Shown one piece after another: positions 13,128-25,940 of a stretch of DNA of 64,000 nt. Source of the DNA: Chiloscyllium plagiosum (Eukaryota). Positions within the stretch are counted from its first letter, which is position 1. Each line of letters opens with the position of its first letter. The position numbers and the translations under genes are program-made. The notes beneath the pieces were generated by a model. The model ran no database searches and was not told where the DNA came from. It saw only the letters and a program-made list of their open reading frames with translations. The stretch lies in NCBI RefSeq assembly GCF_004010195.1, contig NC_057749.1, positions 7,611,936 through 7,675,935 of the forward strand, given 5' to 3'.

Positions 13128-13392
13128 TAGGACTACCAGACCATGGAGAGAGATGACTGGTGGAGGTTTCAAGTAAAGTCAAGTTGCCACAGTTTTACCA
13201 AACCATTGGAGTGTCCTCTCAGAGAGAGAGATAACTCATGGTGACTTAACCTGAGGGTCACTATACCTCAGGCAGGAGAACAGGTTAAGGAGGACAGTCC
13301 TTCATGATAACCTCAGCCTGTGTTGGAATTTAATCCACACTGTAGGCATCACATTGCTTCACAAATCTTCCATCCAGCCAACTGAGCTAACT
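13128..13392 (-). mobile_element. tRNA-derived SINE (called family D here)
   Basis: Reverse complement of the element at 27295-27495; the head reads tagctcagttggctggatgg on the minus strand. Confidence 0.7.
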
Positions 13393-13692
13393 GAAAATGT
13401 ATGTATATTTGTATGGCAACTTCCCCCCGCCCAAAAAAAAAGTCTAAACTCAGAATTAATTTAAGTCCTCTGCCATTCATGGAAACCAGTATCCAGGACG
13501 ACACGATATTCTCTCGGATCCAGGCTAGAAAGCCAATCATCATACAGGATCCTGGAACATGAGTGGTGGCAGATGATTCAACTCTTGGAGAAGTCCATAG
13601 GAATCTTAGAATTCTAATGATGTCTCTCTCAGATACATGTACTATGGCTGGGTTCACACTCCCCTAAAGCAGGATCACTAGCCTAGTACAAT

Positions 13693-13986
13693 TATAGAAT
13701 CCCTACAGTGTGGAAGGAGGCCATTCTGCCCATCAAGTCCACAGCAACCCTGTGAATAACATTCTCCTCACATCCACCCCATTACACTAAGAACCTGTAT
13801 TTCCCATGGCCAATCCACCCAACCTCCACACCTTTGGACTGTGGGAGGAAACCGGAGCACCTGAAGGAAACCCACACAGACACGGGGAGAATGTGCAAAC
13901 TCCACATACAGTTTCCTGAGGCTAGAATCGAACCAGGGTCCCTAGTGCTCTGAGGCAGCAGTGCTAACTACTGAGCCGCTGTGCCT
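13693..13986 (-). mobile_element. HE1 SINE
   Basis: Reverse-complement head, V-domain and tail. Confidence 0.9.
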
Positions 13987-14899
13987 GCAAGTTAACAATG
14001 AATAACCACTCCCCATTTATTTCCACAAATAAACTGATTTCAATTGGAGTGCAGAAGAGATATTTTTAATCATAACTGTCACTTTATTACACAAGTGGGA
14101 CTTGAAGCCAGAGGTTCTGTCCCAGAGGCAGGGATACTACCACTATGCCAGGATAACTCTTGGGGTATAGTGTAGAAGTGGAATATTTGATTACATGCTA
14201 AGAAAAAAATGGCTTTACCAGAGAGTTGTAACATTGAGCCAACGAGAGTTGCAGTGTCACAGATTTGATTGGGAGTCTGCTTGGCGTCATTTGGTGACGT
14301 TTAGGCTTTTAACTGTGCTTCAGAGTTTGGAAATGGAGAAAAGGTCACCTCAGGGTCCTACTCCTTATCGTTGTATAACTGAATATTCTTACATTAAGCA
14401 TGGTAGCTAATAAAGACTTGGGTGAAGTGATCGAGACTGCAAAACTCTGAAGGATGGAAACAGATTCCTAACTTAATACCTTCAGGGGAATGGAGAAAAC
14501 TGAAATAATTGTGGCATTGTTCCTTCTAATGAGGATTTAGGGGTTAAGGGGAGGAAGCCAGCAGCTGGAAAGTGTGTTTGGAAAAAAAAAGCAAGAGAAA
14601 AATCTCACTCACAAGTATCTCTGGCCTAAAACTACAAACTGCCCTTAGTCTCAAACTCTGTGCAGACTAGTAATTCATCACAGAATTACATGACGTGGTT
14701 AGGAAGCCAAACATGACTGTCGCCTATAGATACATAATGAGCCTCCCAGGTTTAGATAACCCTGAAAGGATGGAGTAGTTATCACTGCAGAAAGATCAAA
14801 AGCAGAACAAGATTACATGTTTTTTGAACATATGAATTAATATTCCTCCAAGATACCCAGTGTTTCTTGCTTCTCATTTCCTTCCATCTTATACAAAAT

Positions 14900-15250
14900 A
14901 ATACAGCAAAGGAAGAGACCCTTCAGTCCATCAAGACGGCATTAATTCCTAATCCTTATCAGGCTGAATACTTATTGGCCATCGGTGGTTTCTAACCCTC
15001 TGTTTGCCTCCTGCTCATGTGTCAATTAAGATTTGTCTTAAATATTGCGAACATGTCTGCTTCACCTACCTCCACTGGCAGTGCGTTCCAGATCCCACCA
15101 CCTTCTGTGCGAAAAATTTCCTCACACTTCTCCCTTAAACTTTCCCCCTCTCAACTTCGAACCTTTGGCCTCTAGTAGCTGACTTTTCACCTTGGGAAAA
15201 GCCCCTGATGAACCACCCTCTCTAGGCCTGTCATAATTTTGTAGATCTCT
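14900..15250 (-). mobile_element. CR1 LINE 3' end
   Basis: Similar to the CR1 3' ends at 45525 and 52476. Confidence 0.7.
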
Positions 15251-15399
15251 ACCTTATTTTCTTTGAAATTAGGAGGTGGTGTTGGTTTATAGTTGGACCG
15301 ATGCCAACTGACGCTCGGTACCTCAACCAGGTGGACACCCTGTATGTGTGTCTGGGAGACTTAATCACCCAAGTGAGCAAGTCAGCATTGAATCATAGA

Positions 15400-15720
15400 G
15401 AGGCAATGGCCTAGTGGTATAAATCCATAAACTCAGGTAATCTTCTGATTCAATGGGTTTGATTCACACCAACAGCAAATGGGCTTGAATGCAAAGAAAA
15501 ACTTGGAATTGAGAGCTTAATGATCATCACAGATTCAATGTTGATTGTTAGAACAACACATCTGGCTCACTGATGCCCTTTAGTGAATTAAACTGACATC
15601 CTTGCTTGGCCTGCTGTGACTCCAGACCCACAGCAATGTGGTTGACTCTTCATTGCCTGCTGGGATGGGCAATTAATATTGGCCTAGTCAGTGACGTCCT
15701 TATCCCGTGAAGGAACTTTT
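15400..15720 (+). mobile_element. tRNA-head SINE family B
   Basis: tggcctagtggta head; tgtgactccagacccacagcaatgtggttgactctt core. Confidence 0.75.
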
Positions 15721-16281
15721 TTAAAAAATCACATTTGAAGAATGTTGCCTGTCAACTTTTCCATGCATTAGCTTCAGGTTGAACAAGTTAAAAATAAATA
15801 ATTAGAGAGGAGTTCAGAGGTGACATCTTTTGAGAAGAGGCTGGACATCAAGAATTCACTGCCTGAAATCAACTGGAGGAAAAAAACTCTCATGGATTTA
15901 AAAAAATACATTGAGATGTACTTGAAGAGTCATAACAGGGTTATGGACCTGCATGCTCAAAAGTAGAATTAGGTTGGAGCAAACAAAGATATTATTGGGT
16001 GAAGGGTTTCTTTCTATGCTGTAGAATCTCTAGATTTGGTTTAAGATTAAAGCAAAATAAATTAGCTCATGAGAATGGACTTTGAGCATTGGTGGTCAGT
16101 ACACACAACCTTCATGACTCAGTATAATAGATTTTTTAAAACCAAAGTGTTAAAGGGCCCTTGTAGTGAAATGGTTGTGTCTGAGCCAGGAGGCCACTGT
16201 TCACATTCCACCTGCTTCAGAATTGTATAATAACATCTCTGAACAGACTGATTAGGAAAAATAGCAGAGAGAGAGCGCATG

Positions 16282-16367
16282 GGGGGAGTGGAGGAGAGTG
16301 AGCCGGGTGGGGTGATGAGGGGGAGTGGAGGAGAGTGAGCCGGGTGGGGTGATGAGGGGGGGGGGGG
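16282..16367 (+). repeat. Two perfect copies of a 37-bp G-rich unit plus a poly-G run
   Basis: gggggagtggaggagagtgagccgggtggggtgatga at 16282-16318 and 16319-16355. Confidence 0.9.
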
Positions 16368-17149
16368 AAGAACACAGAGGGGACAGCACTCAGCGCTTTG
16401 CAATGAGAAGGTGCTAGGAATAGTCCAGGCCCTCTGGCCCTTTGATTTTCAGTTAAATGTGTGTTTTTTTTATTCAGCTGCAGTTACTGCAGGAACAAAC
16501 CTCACCAGTAACGTCCTATAATTCAGGTCACTGACGGCCTTTGTGTTGCACCAATTGTGTGTGTGTCTTTTGTGGAGAAAATAGAGCCAGACTGTGTGTT
16601 TGTGTCAAACTTGCAGTTTCCCTTGCATTTGGAAAACGAGCAAAGAGAAACAGACTGCAGAGATGACAACAGCTGGAATCAGGAGCGAGCCACTGTTTGT
16701 TAGAAACACAAGTGCCATATGGAATGGAATGATTTCCTCTATGCACTATTAGTAATGAGATAAGAAGCTCTTCTGTATAAACATGTTTACAGCTTGGTAA
16801 AACCGAGTGCGTAGGAACAACCTCTTAATGGATAACTTATTGGACAGATTCTGCTGATCGCATCTTTCTTGAATACTAGGTCCTTACTTTTCGCAGTAAG
16901 TGCAGTCAAGGTTCTAGTTTTACATCCGCCCTGCTTGGCAACAACTTCGAGTTATGAAATACCTGTAATGTAGCCAAAGTATCCAAAAGCGCTTCATAGG
17001 AGCCATATAAAAGGAGGCATTTATAAGATAGGTAAGTGATACAGATTGAACAAGAGCTTTCTGCTTATATAAGTCACAGATTACAACTCCATGTACCTGC
17101 AGGTTTGCTGCTTCAAGAATATTCCAGAAGTTTCACACCATCCAAAGCA

Positions 17150-17920
17150 AAATAGACACTTCTTTGACTCCTCTACCAACACCTCCAACATTCACTCCCT
17201 CTGTCACTGATAACAGTACCAGCAGGGTACACTAGCTACAAGACACTGTAGCAACTCACCCAGGGTCCTTCAACAGCACCATCCCAATCTATAACCTTCA
17301 TGGAATCCCTACAGTGTGGAATCAGGCCATTTGGCCCAACAAGTCCACACTGACCCTCAATAGAGTCAACCACAAAGACCCATTCCTTTATCCTATTATC
17401 CTATATTTCCCCTGACTAATGCATCTAACCGACAGGTCCGTGAACACTATGGGCAATTTAGCAAGACCAATTCATCTAATCTACACATCTTAAGATTGTG
17501 GGAGGAAACCAGAGCAACCAAAGGAAACCCACGCAGACACAGGGAGAATGTCTGTGTGCCGTTTGCACAGTCACCAGAGGAATCGAACCCAGGTCCCTGG
17601 TGCTGTGAAGCAGCACTGCTAACCACTGAGACACCATGCCACCATTGTCCTTGAAAGACAAGGACAGCAGATACAGAGGAACACCACCACCTGCAGGTTC
17701 CCCTCAAGTTATACACTATCCTGACTTGGAACAATATCACTATTCATTGACCGTCATGGAGTCAAAATCCTGGAGCTACCTCCCTTATAGCACTATGGGA
17801 GCATCTACAGCAGTTCAACGAGGTGACTCACCATGACTTCCTTAAGGACAATGAAGGATGGGCAATAAGTGTTGGTCTAGTCAGCGATGCCCTCATCCTG
17901 CTGAGTAATAAAGAAAAACA
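17150..17920 (+). mobile_element. CR1/L2-group LINE 3' end interrupted by an antisense HE1
   Basis: Matches the reverse complement of 37680-38100; tail ggatgggcaataagtgttggtctagtcagcgatgccctcatcc. Confidence 0.75.
17299..17644 (-). mobile_element. HE1 SINE
   Basis: Full-length reverse-complement copy. Confidence 0.9.
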
Positions 17921-18498
17921 TGCAACTCTAAACAAATAGCACTTTAACTCTAGTTACCGTTCAAACAACTGTTGAGGAGGGTCAGCACAGCCTTGTAATA
18001 GCTGAAACATTTTTGAATAATCCACTGGATTTTTAGAAAGTAAACTCGATTGCTAGTAAATTTTTTAAACCGGGTCATAACAGGGCTGAACAGCTTTGTT
18101 TTCTTATTCCACTCTTCCACTAGTCAAAACAAAACTTGAATTTAAAATGGGCAGTGGTATTGCCAATTCTATTGGTGCCAGACTATATTTGGATTATTAT
18201 CAGACACCAATCAGCCAGGTTTCCTCAGTTAACAAGCTAAATAAGTTCCTCCAGCAAAAATATGAGCAAAAAAGATTCAAACGTAGATAACTTCCCTTCT
18301 TGAACATGAAGAAACATATACACAACACCTTCAAGCGTAAAACAATGCAGAGTGTTACTTTTTAAATCGTCTGGTTAGGTGATAGTTAAAAACTAAAAAA
18401 ACAAACATTCACAGATTGTCCTGAAATGTCAATCTGCAGTTAAATTTACTTTGCAGACACAAGCAGTTGGCACTGGGGTATATTCCTGGATCATGTGT

Positions 18499-18706
18499 GA
18501 TGTGGAGATACCAGTGCTGGACTGGGCTGGGCAAAGTCAGAAGTCACCTGACACCAGGTTATAGTCCAACAATTCTGTATGAAATCACAAATTTTTGGAA
18601 TGCTATTCCTTTGTCAGGTGACCTGATGAAGGAGCAACGGTCTGAGAGCTTGTGGTTTCAAATAGAACTGTTGGGTTATAACCTGGTTTTGTCTGACTCA
18701 TGACTT
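18499..18706. mobile_element. Penelope-derived fold-back mini-element
   Basis: Inverted arms aagtcacctgacaccaggttatagtccaaca / tgttgggttataacctggttttgtctgact around a centre containing ctgatgaaggagc. Confidence 0.7.
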
Positions 18707-18799
18707 GGATCAGATGTGGCTGGTAGAACTCTCTCTCTTGTGGAGTCAATGAGATAGATTACAAAGTACACTGTGGAAACCCCCATAAGCAGTGAAGAG

Positions 18800-19345
18800 G
18801 TGCTTCTGCCACTGAGAATGATGAACAGAAAAATGAAGAGAGCATTTAAGAAAGAATTTTAACAAAGACTACATTAGCCATCTATTGAAGTGAAGTACAA
18901 TTGTCACTGTGCAGACAAAAGTCATTGCAGAAATCAAAAGGAATGGCGAGGGACAAATTTAATCTCCCCTTGAGATCTGCACTTTTGAGCTTTGAGATTC
19001 TGTTTCCCCCCCAGCTACTTTTGTTCATCCCTAATATCTGTGTCAAACCTTCTGTACTCTGTCTGTCTTAGTGATGAATACATGTGTGTATTTGGTACTT
19101 TGAAAGAGGTTTAGTTAAAGTCATATAGTAGTAGATTAGGGATCTTTTCTTCTTCCTACCATTTGTTCAGGTATGTTACAATAAAGAGAGTTATTTTCCA
19201 TCAATGATGAAACCTGATGTGAATTTATCCTGATCAAGCAAGTAAAATAGGTCATCTTGGTGGTCTCATTGGGATTTTAAACACGTGATGGCTCTTAGAA
19301 CAGTGGGGCCCTTATTGGCACATATGTCCTAATTGAGTTGTGACA
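18800..19345 (+). mobile_element. Possible degraded LTR
   Basis: aataaa at ~19180 and a terminus ...gttgtgaca resembling an LTR end; no 5' TG end or TSD identified. Confidence 0.3.
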
Positions 19346-19906
19346 TGTGTAATGCAGAATGAATGGAGGATAACACGCACGACTGATGAATTTGCTTCCC
19401 GATGCCTGGACGAAGAGAGTTCATCCTGCTCTTTTTGGCTTATGGCAGGGCCTTGTCTGATCTCTCAGTGGTTCTCAGCTTGGCCTCTTGGCAGCTCTCA
19501 GCTTGGTGGATCTCAGTGGTACATTGGCTGGATTCTTGGCAGTTCATGGGGAGTCTAGGGTCGGCTCTCCCAGCAATACATTGGTTGGATTCTTAGTGGC
19601 TCATGGCAGTGTCTAGACTCGGCATGCGATTAGGTTCTACTGAGGTATGTTCCCGAGGCATTGGGCAGGATCGGAGAGGCAGCAGTGATGGCATCTGCAG
19701 CGGCAGTGAGAACAGACAGCTGAGGTCTCCCCGAAGAGTGAGATAAGTGAAGGACTCAAAGACTGTTGATCATTTAACTTATTCCTTTATTTTCCTAGTT
19801 TAAACAACAAAAGACGTTAAATGTTAACTATTACCTTATTTTTCTACTATTCTATGAAATAATGCTTAACTTTTAAATTCTTGTTTCTCTTGCAAATTTG
19901 TACCTA

Positions 19907-20877
19907 CAGGTCGTTCTGCTATAACACATGTTTTGTCCACATGAGTTCACCGCAATGTGATTGACAAATTGTCATGAAGCTAAAGCCGTGGTCTGTACCT
20001 TTATGAGAGAGTTGAATGCTGTTCTGAACTGAGAGCTTACAAGCACCTGTCATATAATTAACTAGCAGTCTCAGTGTGTACTGGAAAATTGAAAACATGT
20101 AACATTTAGCTGTGAAATAGATAGCTGAGTTGGTTGATGTTTTGACGACAATTCAGTTATCACTTAAACCAATCAGTTTAAATTTTGCCCCAGGATACTA
20201 AAACACAATCGACTTTGAATTTACTGTTTTTGGCAACATTGAACCAATCAGATGATCCAATGTTGGGGATATAACAAAAGGCAGGCAGTTTGAAAGTCAG
20301 ACAGAGTAACTGCCATTGAAACACTCTCGATCAAAAAGGTACCTTTTCATAGAAACATATTTGTAATATAAGGAAAGACGACAACCCAGGGAGATCTTCA
20401 GTTGGAAGAAGAAAGACACTGATGACAGCCATTGAATCGTTTTGAAATTAAGTTGATGCAAGTTTAATAAGTGTTTTATTGGAACAATATAGTGTTATAG
20501 AATTGGAGGCAAATAATAAGCAGCTAAAAGAAAGTGGGGCTGAGAGTTTTGAATAGTTGTTTAATATTCACTCTTAGTGTTAAATAATAAATTGATATAA
20601 TTTTCTTTAAATAATGGAATTTGGAATTTCTCTGTCACTCATTTTAACAGATTATGAGGTGAACTGAGCTTTTCTGGGTGTTTGGTTTAAATTAACAGAG
20701 GGGTTCATCACTGTGTCATTACAGGGACATGGTTTCTAAGGTGTGAACATTTAAAACAGGTGTTGGCTATAATGCAATTACATCAATAACACTTTAAGCA
20801 CTGTTTCTAAGGTATGGTTTTTCTAAGAAACGGGGTTGCACAAAAATGTACCCATCGTGTTATTGTAGAACTGACTA
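19907..20877. mobile_element. Tc1/mariner-superfamily (Tigger/pogo-like) MITE
   Basis: TA|CAGGTCGTTCTGCTATAACAC ... GTGTTATTGTAGAACTGACTA|TA: imperfect 21-bp TIRs flanked by TA. Confidence 0.75.
19970..20723 (+). mobile_element. Solo LTR (754 bp) inserted in the MITE
   Basis: TGTCATGA...TCATTACA termini, several CCAAT boxes (20168-20261), TATA-like gatataa at ~20268, aataaa at ~20586; no clear TSD. Confidence 0.7.
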
Positions 20878-21402
20878 TATGCTCTTGGACTATACCTTGG
20901 TACCCAAGATGTTGCCATGTGTGGCAACATTATACACTTTTCTCTGTACTCCTGTACTGGAGTACATGTGACAATTAAATAAAAAAAAAATCGAATATAC
21001 AATGGCCATGGCAGGCATATACAGTTGGGGATCAGTTCAACTACAGCTGTAGTTGAATTGGTGGCAGTCTTATCTGTCAGTCACAACAGTCTGGGCTCAA
21101 GTCCCACTCCAAAAGTTTAGCGTAAAACTTAAGACTGACACTGCTGTGATGCTGGAGAGAGCTATCCTTTGGGTGAGAGAAAACAGAGGTCCCATGTCCC
21201 TCTTGGTTAGATCTCAAGGAAACTATAGCATGTCTTCAAAAGAACAACAGGCAGATTACCATCAGTGCTCTGACTGGATTCATCACTCAAGCCAACATCT
21301 CAAAAACAAACTACATGGTCATTATCACACTGCTGCTCACAAGAGCTCAAACTGGCCACTATATTGCCTATGTTACAACAATGGATAAGCTTCAAAGAGT
21401 AA

Positions 21403-21825
21403 ATTAGTTTTAAAGAAGGGTCACTGGACCCAAAACATTAGCTCTACTTTCTCTCCACAGATTAGATTAGATTCCCTACAGTGTGGAAACAGGCCCTTCG
21501 GCCCAACCAGTCCACACCGACCCTCTGAAGAGTAAGTCACCTAGACCCATTTCCCTCTGACTGATGCACCTAGCACTATGGGCAACTTAGCATTGCTAAT
21601 TCACCTGACCTGCACGTCTTTGGACTGTGAGAGGAAACCAGAGCACTCGGAGGAAACCCATGCAGATATGGGGAGAATGTCTGTGTGGAGTTGCACAGTC
21701 GCCCGAGGCTGGAATCAAACCTGGGACCCTGATGCTGTGAGGTAGCAGTGCTAACTACTGAGACACCGTACCACCCCTCACAGTGCTGCCAGCTCTGCTG
21801 AGATTTTCCAGCAATTTCTGTCTTT
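21403..21825 (+). mobile_element. Penelope-derived tail mini-element with a 14-bp TSD, containing an HE1
   Basis: TSD gcttcaaagagtaa at 21389-21402 and 21826-21839; body aagaagggtcactggacccaaaacatt...tgctgccagctctgctgag. Confidence 0.75.
21459..21776 (-). mobile_element. HE1 SINE
   Basis: Full-length reverse-complement copy with (GATTA)n tail. Confidence 0.92.
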
Positions 21826-23029
21826 GCTTCAAAGAGTAATTCATTGATTGTAAAATGTTTGGAGATATCCAGTAGCTGTGAAGTGTGCGATATTGATGCA
21901 TGTCTTTCTTCAACAGCATTGGTTTAGCTGCAAGATCTTTCACTCAGGATTGAGACACAATCACTGAGGGTAGTAGCTTAATGTTGTATCAAAGCCATAA
22001 AGCTAGCAGGGGTTTGGAATATAACAAGTCAGTGGCTTGAGAAGACAGTAAAGATGACTGGAAGAATTAATCGGGGAAAAAATTAGTTTTAAAGAAAATC
22101 AAGCCCATGTAGTATATCTGGAATAGGTTGGAACTGCGGCACCTTGTTATCACAGCTCTTTCTACAGCCTTGTCTGAAAAAAAAAACCTGAACACTATTC
22201 TTTCAGCTCCGGTTTTAATTGAGATGTGTGGAGTTTTTCGAAATCTAATCTCAAGCATTTCTTCACATGGGAGAAAGGAAAAGCTCCCAACTGAGAGAAT
22301 CTGTGTCTTTAGATTCTTCTCGTGGTGGTTTTTTTAATTAACCGTTGAATTAAAAAAATGAATAAAGGGATTGTCATAAATTCCTATGCAGCACGACAAT
22401 TTTGTGCTCAGCACAATTTGTGAGGAGCAGGGCAACTCTTTCACATCTTAAGGGGACATTAAGAAATCATATTAAGGAGGCATCTATTGATAAGTGAAAT
22501 TGAAAGGTAACCAAACGTGCCGTCTTTATTTAATCTGGTGGAGATTTTAACAGACACTCGTGCTGGTCTGAATTTCCTTATTTTACTACTTTAACAAAAA
22601 TCAAGACAGACAGGAGCAAGTTCATTCACAGATTGGGCAAGGTCTGGAGGAAGACTGGGATATAGAGGTAACAATAGCACAGAAGAGGCAACTCCGACCC
22701 ATCAAGTGCACGTGAACTTTCTGCAGACCAATCTCACCAGTCCCATTTCCTCCCGCACTCCCTGTAGCCCTGGACATTTATTTCCCTCAGGTTCCCCAAC
22801 TACCTTCCTTTAAAAATCATTGATTGGTTCACTTCTACCATCCCAGAGGGCAATATGTTCCAGGTCATTATCAAAATAGGTTCCTCTTTGCACTTATCAA
22901 CGGTATTTAATTCTCCCTCTTGCAGTTCCACATTTATCCTCAGCCAAGAATTTGACATCTGATCACTAACCAAAGGTTCCTAATAGATAAAATGTTAAAA
23001 GGTAAAGTCACCATAATCCTACTGGACCA

Positions 23030-23295
23030 TTGTATCAAGTATGTAAAAAAGCCCAAACCACATTACTTGAGGGAAGTAGGAATTCTGCTTTCAGTATTTC
23101 AGGGGGCCCACTCAATAATTGGGCTCCGCCGACACCTCACCTAAACATTTGGATGGTCCACATACAGACTTGTATACACAAATGATTCAGTCTGATCTGT
23201 ATATGTAAAGAAATGCAATGTACACGTATGAATAGCATCACCAATTGTATAGATAAAAATATTATGAATAAAGTATATTTTTGAAATAAAAAAAA
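23030..23295 (+). mobile_element. L1/Tx1-like LINE 3' UTR with poly-A, inside a family D SINE (pieces at ~23000-23030 and 23555-23640)
   Basis: Ends aataaagtatatttttgaaataaaaaaaa; the flanks match the two ends of 13128-13392. Confidence 0.5.
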
Positions 23296-23994
23296 TTGGC
23301 TGACCATTCATTTTGGAATTTCCTCCCTCAGGATAAGATTGAGGAATTGAAGTAGAGCTTTTCATAATAACTTCAATCAGTGAAAGTTGTGAATGCGGAT
23401 ACAGTAACAATGTTTAAAAGACATGTGGATAAGAATGGTTTGAAGGGGTATCAGCCAAATGCAGGCAGGTGGACTGAATTAAGTTTGGGAACATGGTCAG
23501 CACAGACTGGCTAGACTGAAGGGTCTGCTTCCATACTGTGTGACTTGATGACAATATAGGGAATTGAACCCATGCTGTTAGATCACTCTATGTCACAAAC
23601 CAGCCATTCAGTCAACTGAGCTAACCAATCCCTCCAGTCAGACAGTCGATATATGGAAAGCTAGAACCCCTCAAAAACACTGTCAAACTATGAAACCGTA
23701 GTTTAGGAGTGCCTCTGGCAAGAGGCATGGAACATGCAGAATAGCTTCATCGAAACATACACAAAAAATGACCGTCTTCCAGGAATTTAACAAAGAAACA
23801 TTCTCTCTGATCACTAAAGACAAATGAAGCTTGGAAATATTTAGCCATTTCCAATCTCCACCATTCAGTCTTGAGCAAACGTACAGTAACCACAACAGTT
23901 ACTATAAAAACAATAATTGGCCAATTTAGCACAAACTTAGGCATGTAACTAGCAAGGTCATGATGCTAGACTGATGGGTATGTCTCAAGTAGCT

Positions 23995-24635
23995 CCATCC
24001 AGCAGTACACAACTACCATGCTTCCAAACCCACAACCTCAACCATCCAGAAGGGTAGTAGATTAGATTACTTACAGTGTGGAAACAGGCCCTTTGGCCCA
24101 ATAAGTCCACACCGACCCGCTGAAACGTATACCACCCAGACCCATACTCCTACATTTACCCCTTCACCTAACACTACGATCAATTTAGCATGGCCAATTC
24201 ACCTAACCTGCACATTTTTGGATTGTGGGAGGAAACCGGAGCACCCAGAGGAAACCCACGCAGACATGGGGAGAATGTGAAAATTCCACACAGAGTCGCC
24301 TGAGGCGTGGATTGAACCCAAGTCTCTGGTGCTGTGTGGCAGCAGTGCTAACCACTGTGGCACCATGCCGCCCACAGAGATACAGGGGAACACTACCACC
24401 TGCACAATGTCCTCCAATTCTCACCATCTTGACTTGGAAATATATCACCGTTCTTTTAGTGTACTGGGTCAAAATCCTGGAACTTTCTCCCAAATGACAT
24501 TTGGGTCTACTAACAGCACATGGAGTGTAGTGGCTCCTGAATGCAGCACATCACCTTCTCAAGGACATCGAAGGATAGGCGATAAATTGTTGGCCCAGCC
24601 AGCAACACTTGTGTTTTAGGAGTAAATTTTTAAGC
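23995..24635 (+). mobile_element. CR1/L2-group LINE 3' end interrupted by HE1
   Basis: Same family as 17150-17920 and 51505-52175. Confidence 0.7.
24058..24373 (-). mobile_element. HE1 SINE (young subfamily)
   Basis: Full-length copy with retained CpGs and an agattagattactt tail. Confidence 0.93.
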
Positions 24636-25759
24636 AAAAAAAAAGATTGTGGTTAATGTAGAGATTTTAAAACGGGTTGTTTTCTCTTTATGTTCCAAAT
24701 CTTAGTGAACTTTCAGCTCACCTGATATGGTTTGTGGACTTGATTTTCTTTCTTATATTTTAGCCCAATTTCATGCTGCTTATTCTTCTTCCTCCAATAT
24801 GATTTGCATGTTGGATCAGTTTTTGGAAGCCTCGATCTTAATGTGTGACCCAGCTAACAAGAAAAAAATCAAGGCATTCCACACGTAGGTTGCATTCCCT
24901 GTCTACACAAGGAAGGGAATTAAATATAAATCTTCCCACACTAGGGTAGGAGACGGCACCAATGGTTGGGAATTCAGGCAGAAGTAAATCTCCTGCTGAC
25001 CGCCCAAGTTTGGGGCATACGTCAGGAATGGGATGGAATATCCTGCCCTTACCTGGATGTGCACAGCTCAAACACCACAACAAAATAGTCTACTTGATTA
25101 GCACCATGTGCATCAGCTTAAATATTTATCACCTCAAAAATCACAGAAACGCCATGGTAATATTGTATACTATCTATCTTTGAAATTCACTGCAACAACA
25201 CCCTAAGGTTCCCCTAAAAGTACATTTCCACAGACTCTGCCACACAGAAGCATAAGGACCACTACCAAAAGTCAATATCTGGATCTCCAAAACTGATATT
25301 CCTGCACCATATGGGCTGCATGTTTAGGAATGTCGTTTCAGGAAGCAGATCAACACCATCTTTTAAAGAAACAATGCAGATGTGTGACTATGCTGGCCTT
25401 ACGAATGCAAGATGACTGGCCTATTAATAATAATTTAAAAGCTATCAATTTTAAAAAAGTCCAAGCTGCATTGGTCAAGGGAACAATTCTACTTTAAATA
25501 TTTGATAGATGATTAGCCCACATCCTTCATTGACATTTACAGTGCAGAGGAAGTCCATTTGACCCATTATTGACACAAGTAATTTTATGTTGTTAACTGT
25601 GAAGTAGTGGGAATAGAGTAACACTCCTCATCCTCGGTCATAACACAATATAGTGACTCGTTTAAAAAAAAACATGAAAGATGTTAAAAAAAAGGATAGA
25701 ATTAAGTATGGATGATGATCACTGCTGACCCTCACATACTTGAATGTTAGATCACAGGA

Positions 25760-25940
25760 TAACTGCTTTCTGTACTTCCACAACATCACTGAAACAGATT
25801 ACCAAACTGTTGATTCAGTGCAGAACTTTGGTGTACAGATTGGTAATGCATTTTCCTACAAAAAAGGGAAAACAATGCATTGGCTACAAAGCACTCTGGA
25901 ATGTCCAAGTGGTGAACAGTGCTATTTGAATTCAAGTTTG
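25760..25940 (+). mobile_element. Deu-SINE fragment
   Basis: caacatcactgaaacagattacc...cattggctacaaagcactctgg. Confidence 0.6.

Larger units (their letters stand above)
19400..20990 (+). mobile_element. Non-coding element with a Rex1-type tail; host of the nested MITE and LTR
   Basis: Degenerate GC-rich internal repeats at 19440-19630; resumes after the MITE and ends gagtacatgtgacaattaaataaaaaaa. Confidence 0.55.
21050..21912 (+). mobile_element. Deu-SINE (SacSINE1-like), split by an insertion at 21403-21825
   Basis: Deu-like ccaacatctcaaaaacaaactacatggtcattatcacactgctg; tail resumes ttcattgattgtaaaatgtttgg. Confidence 0.75.
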
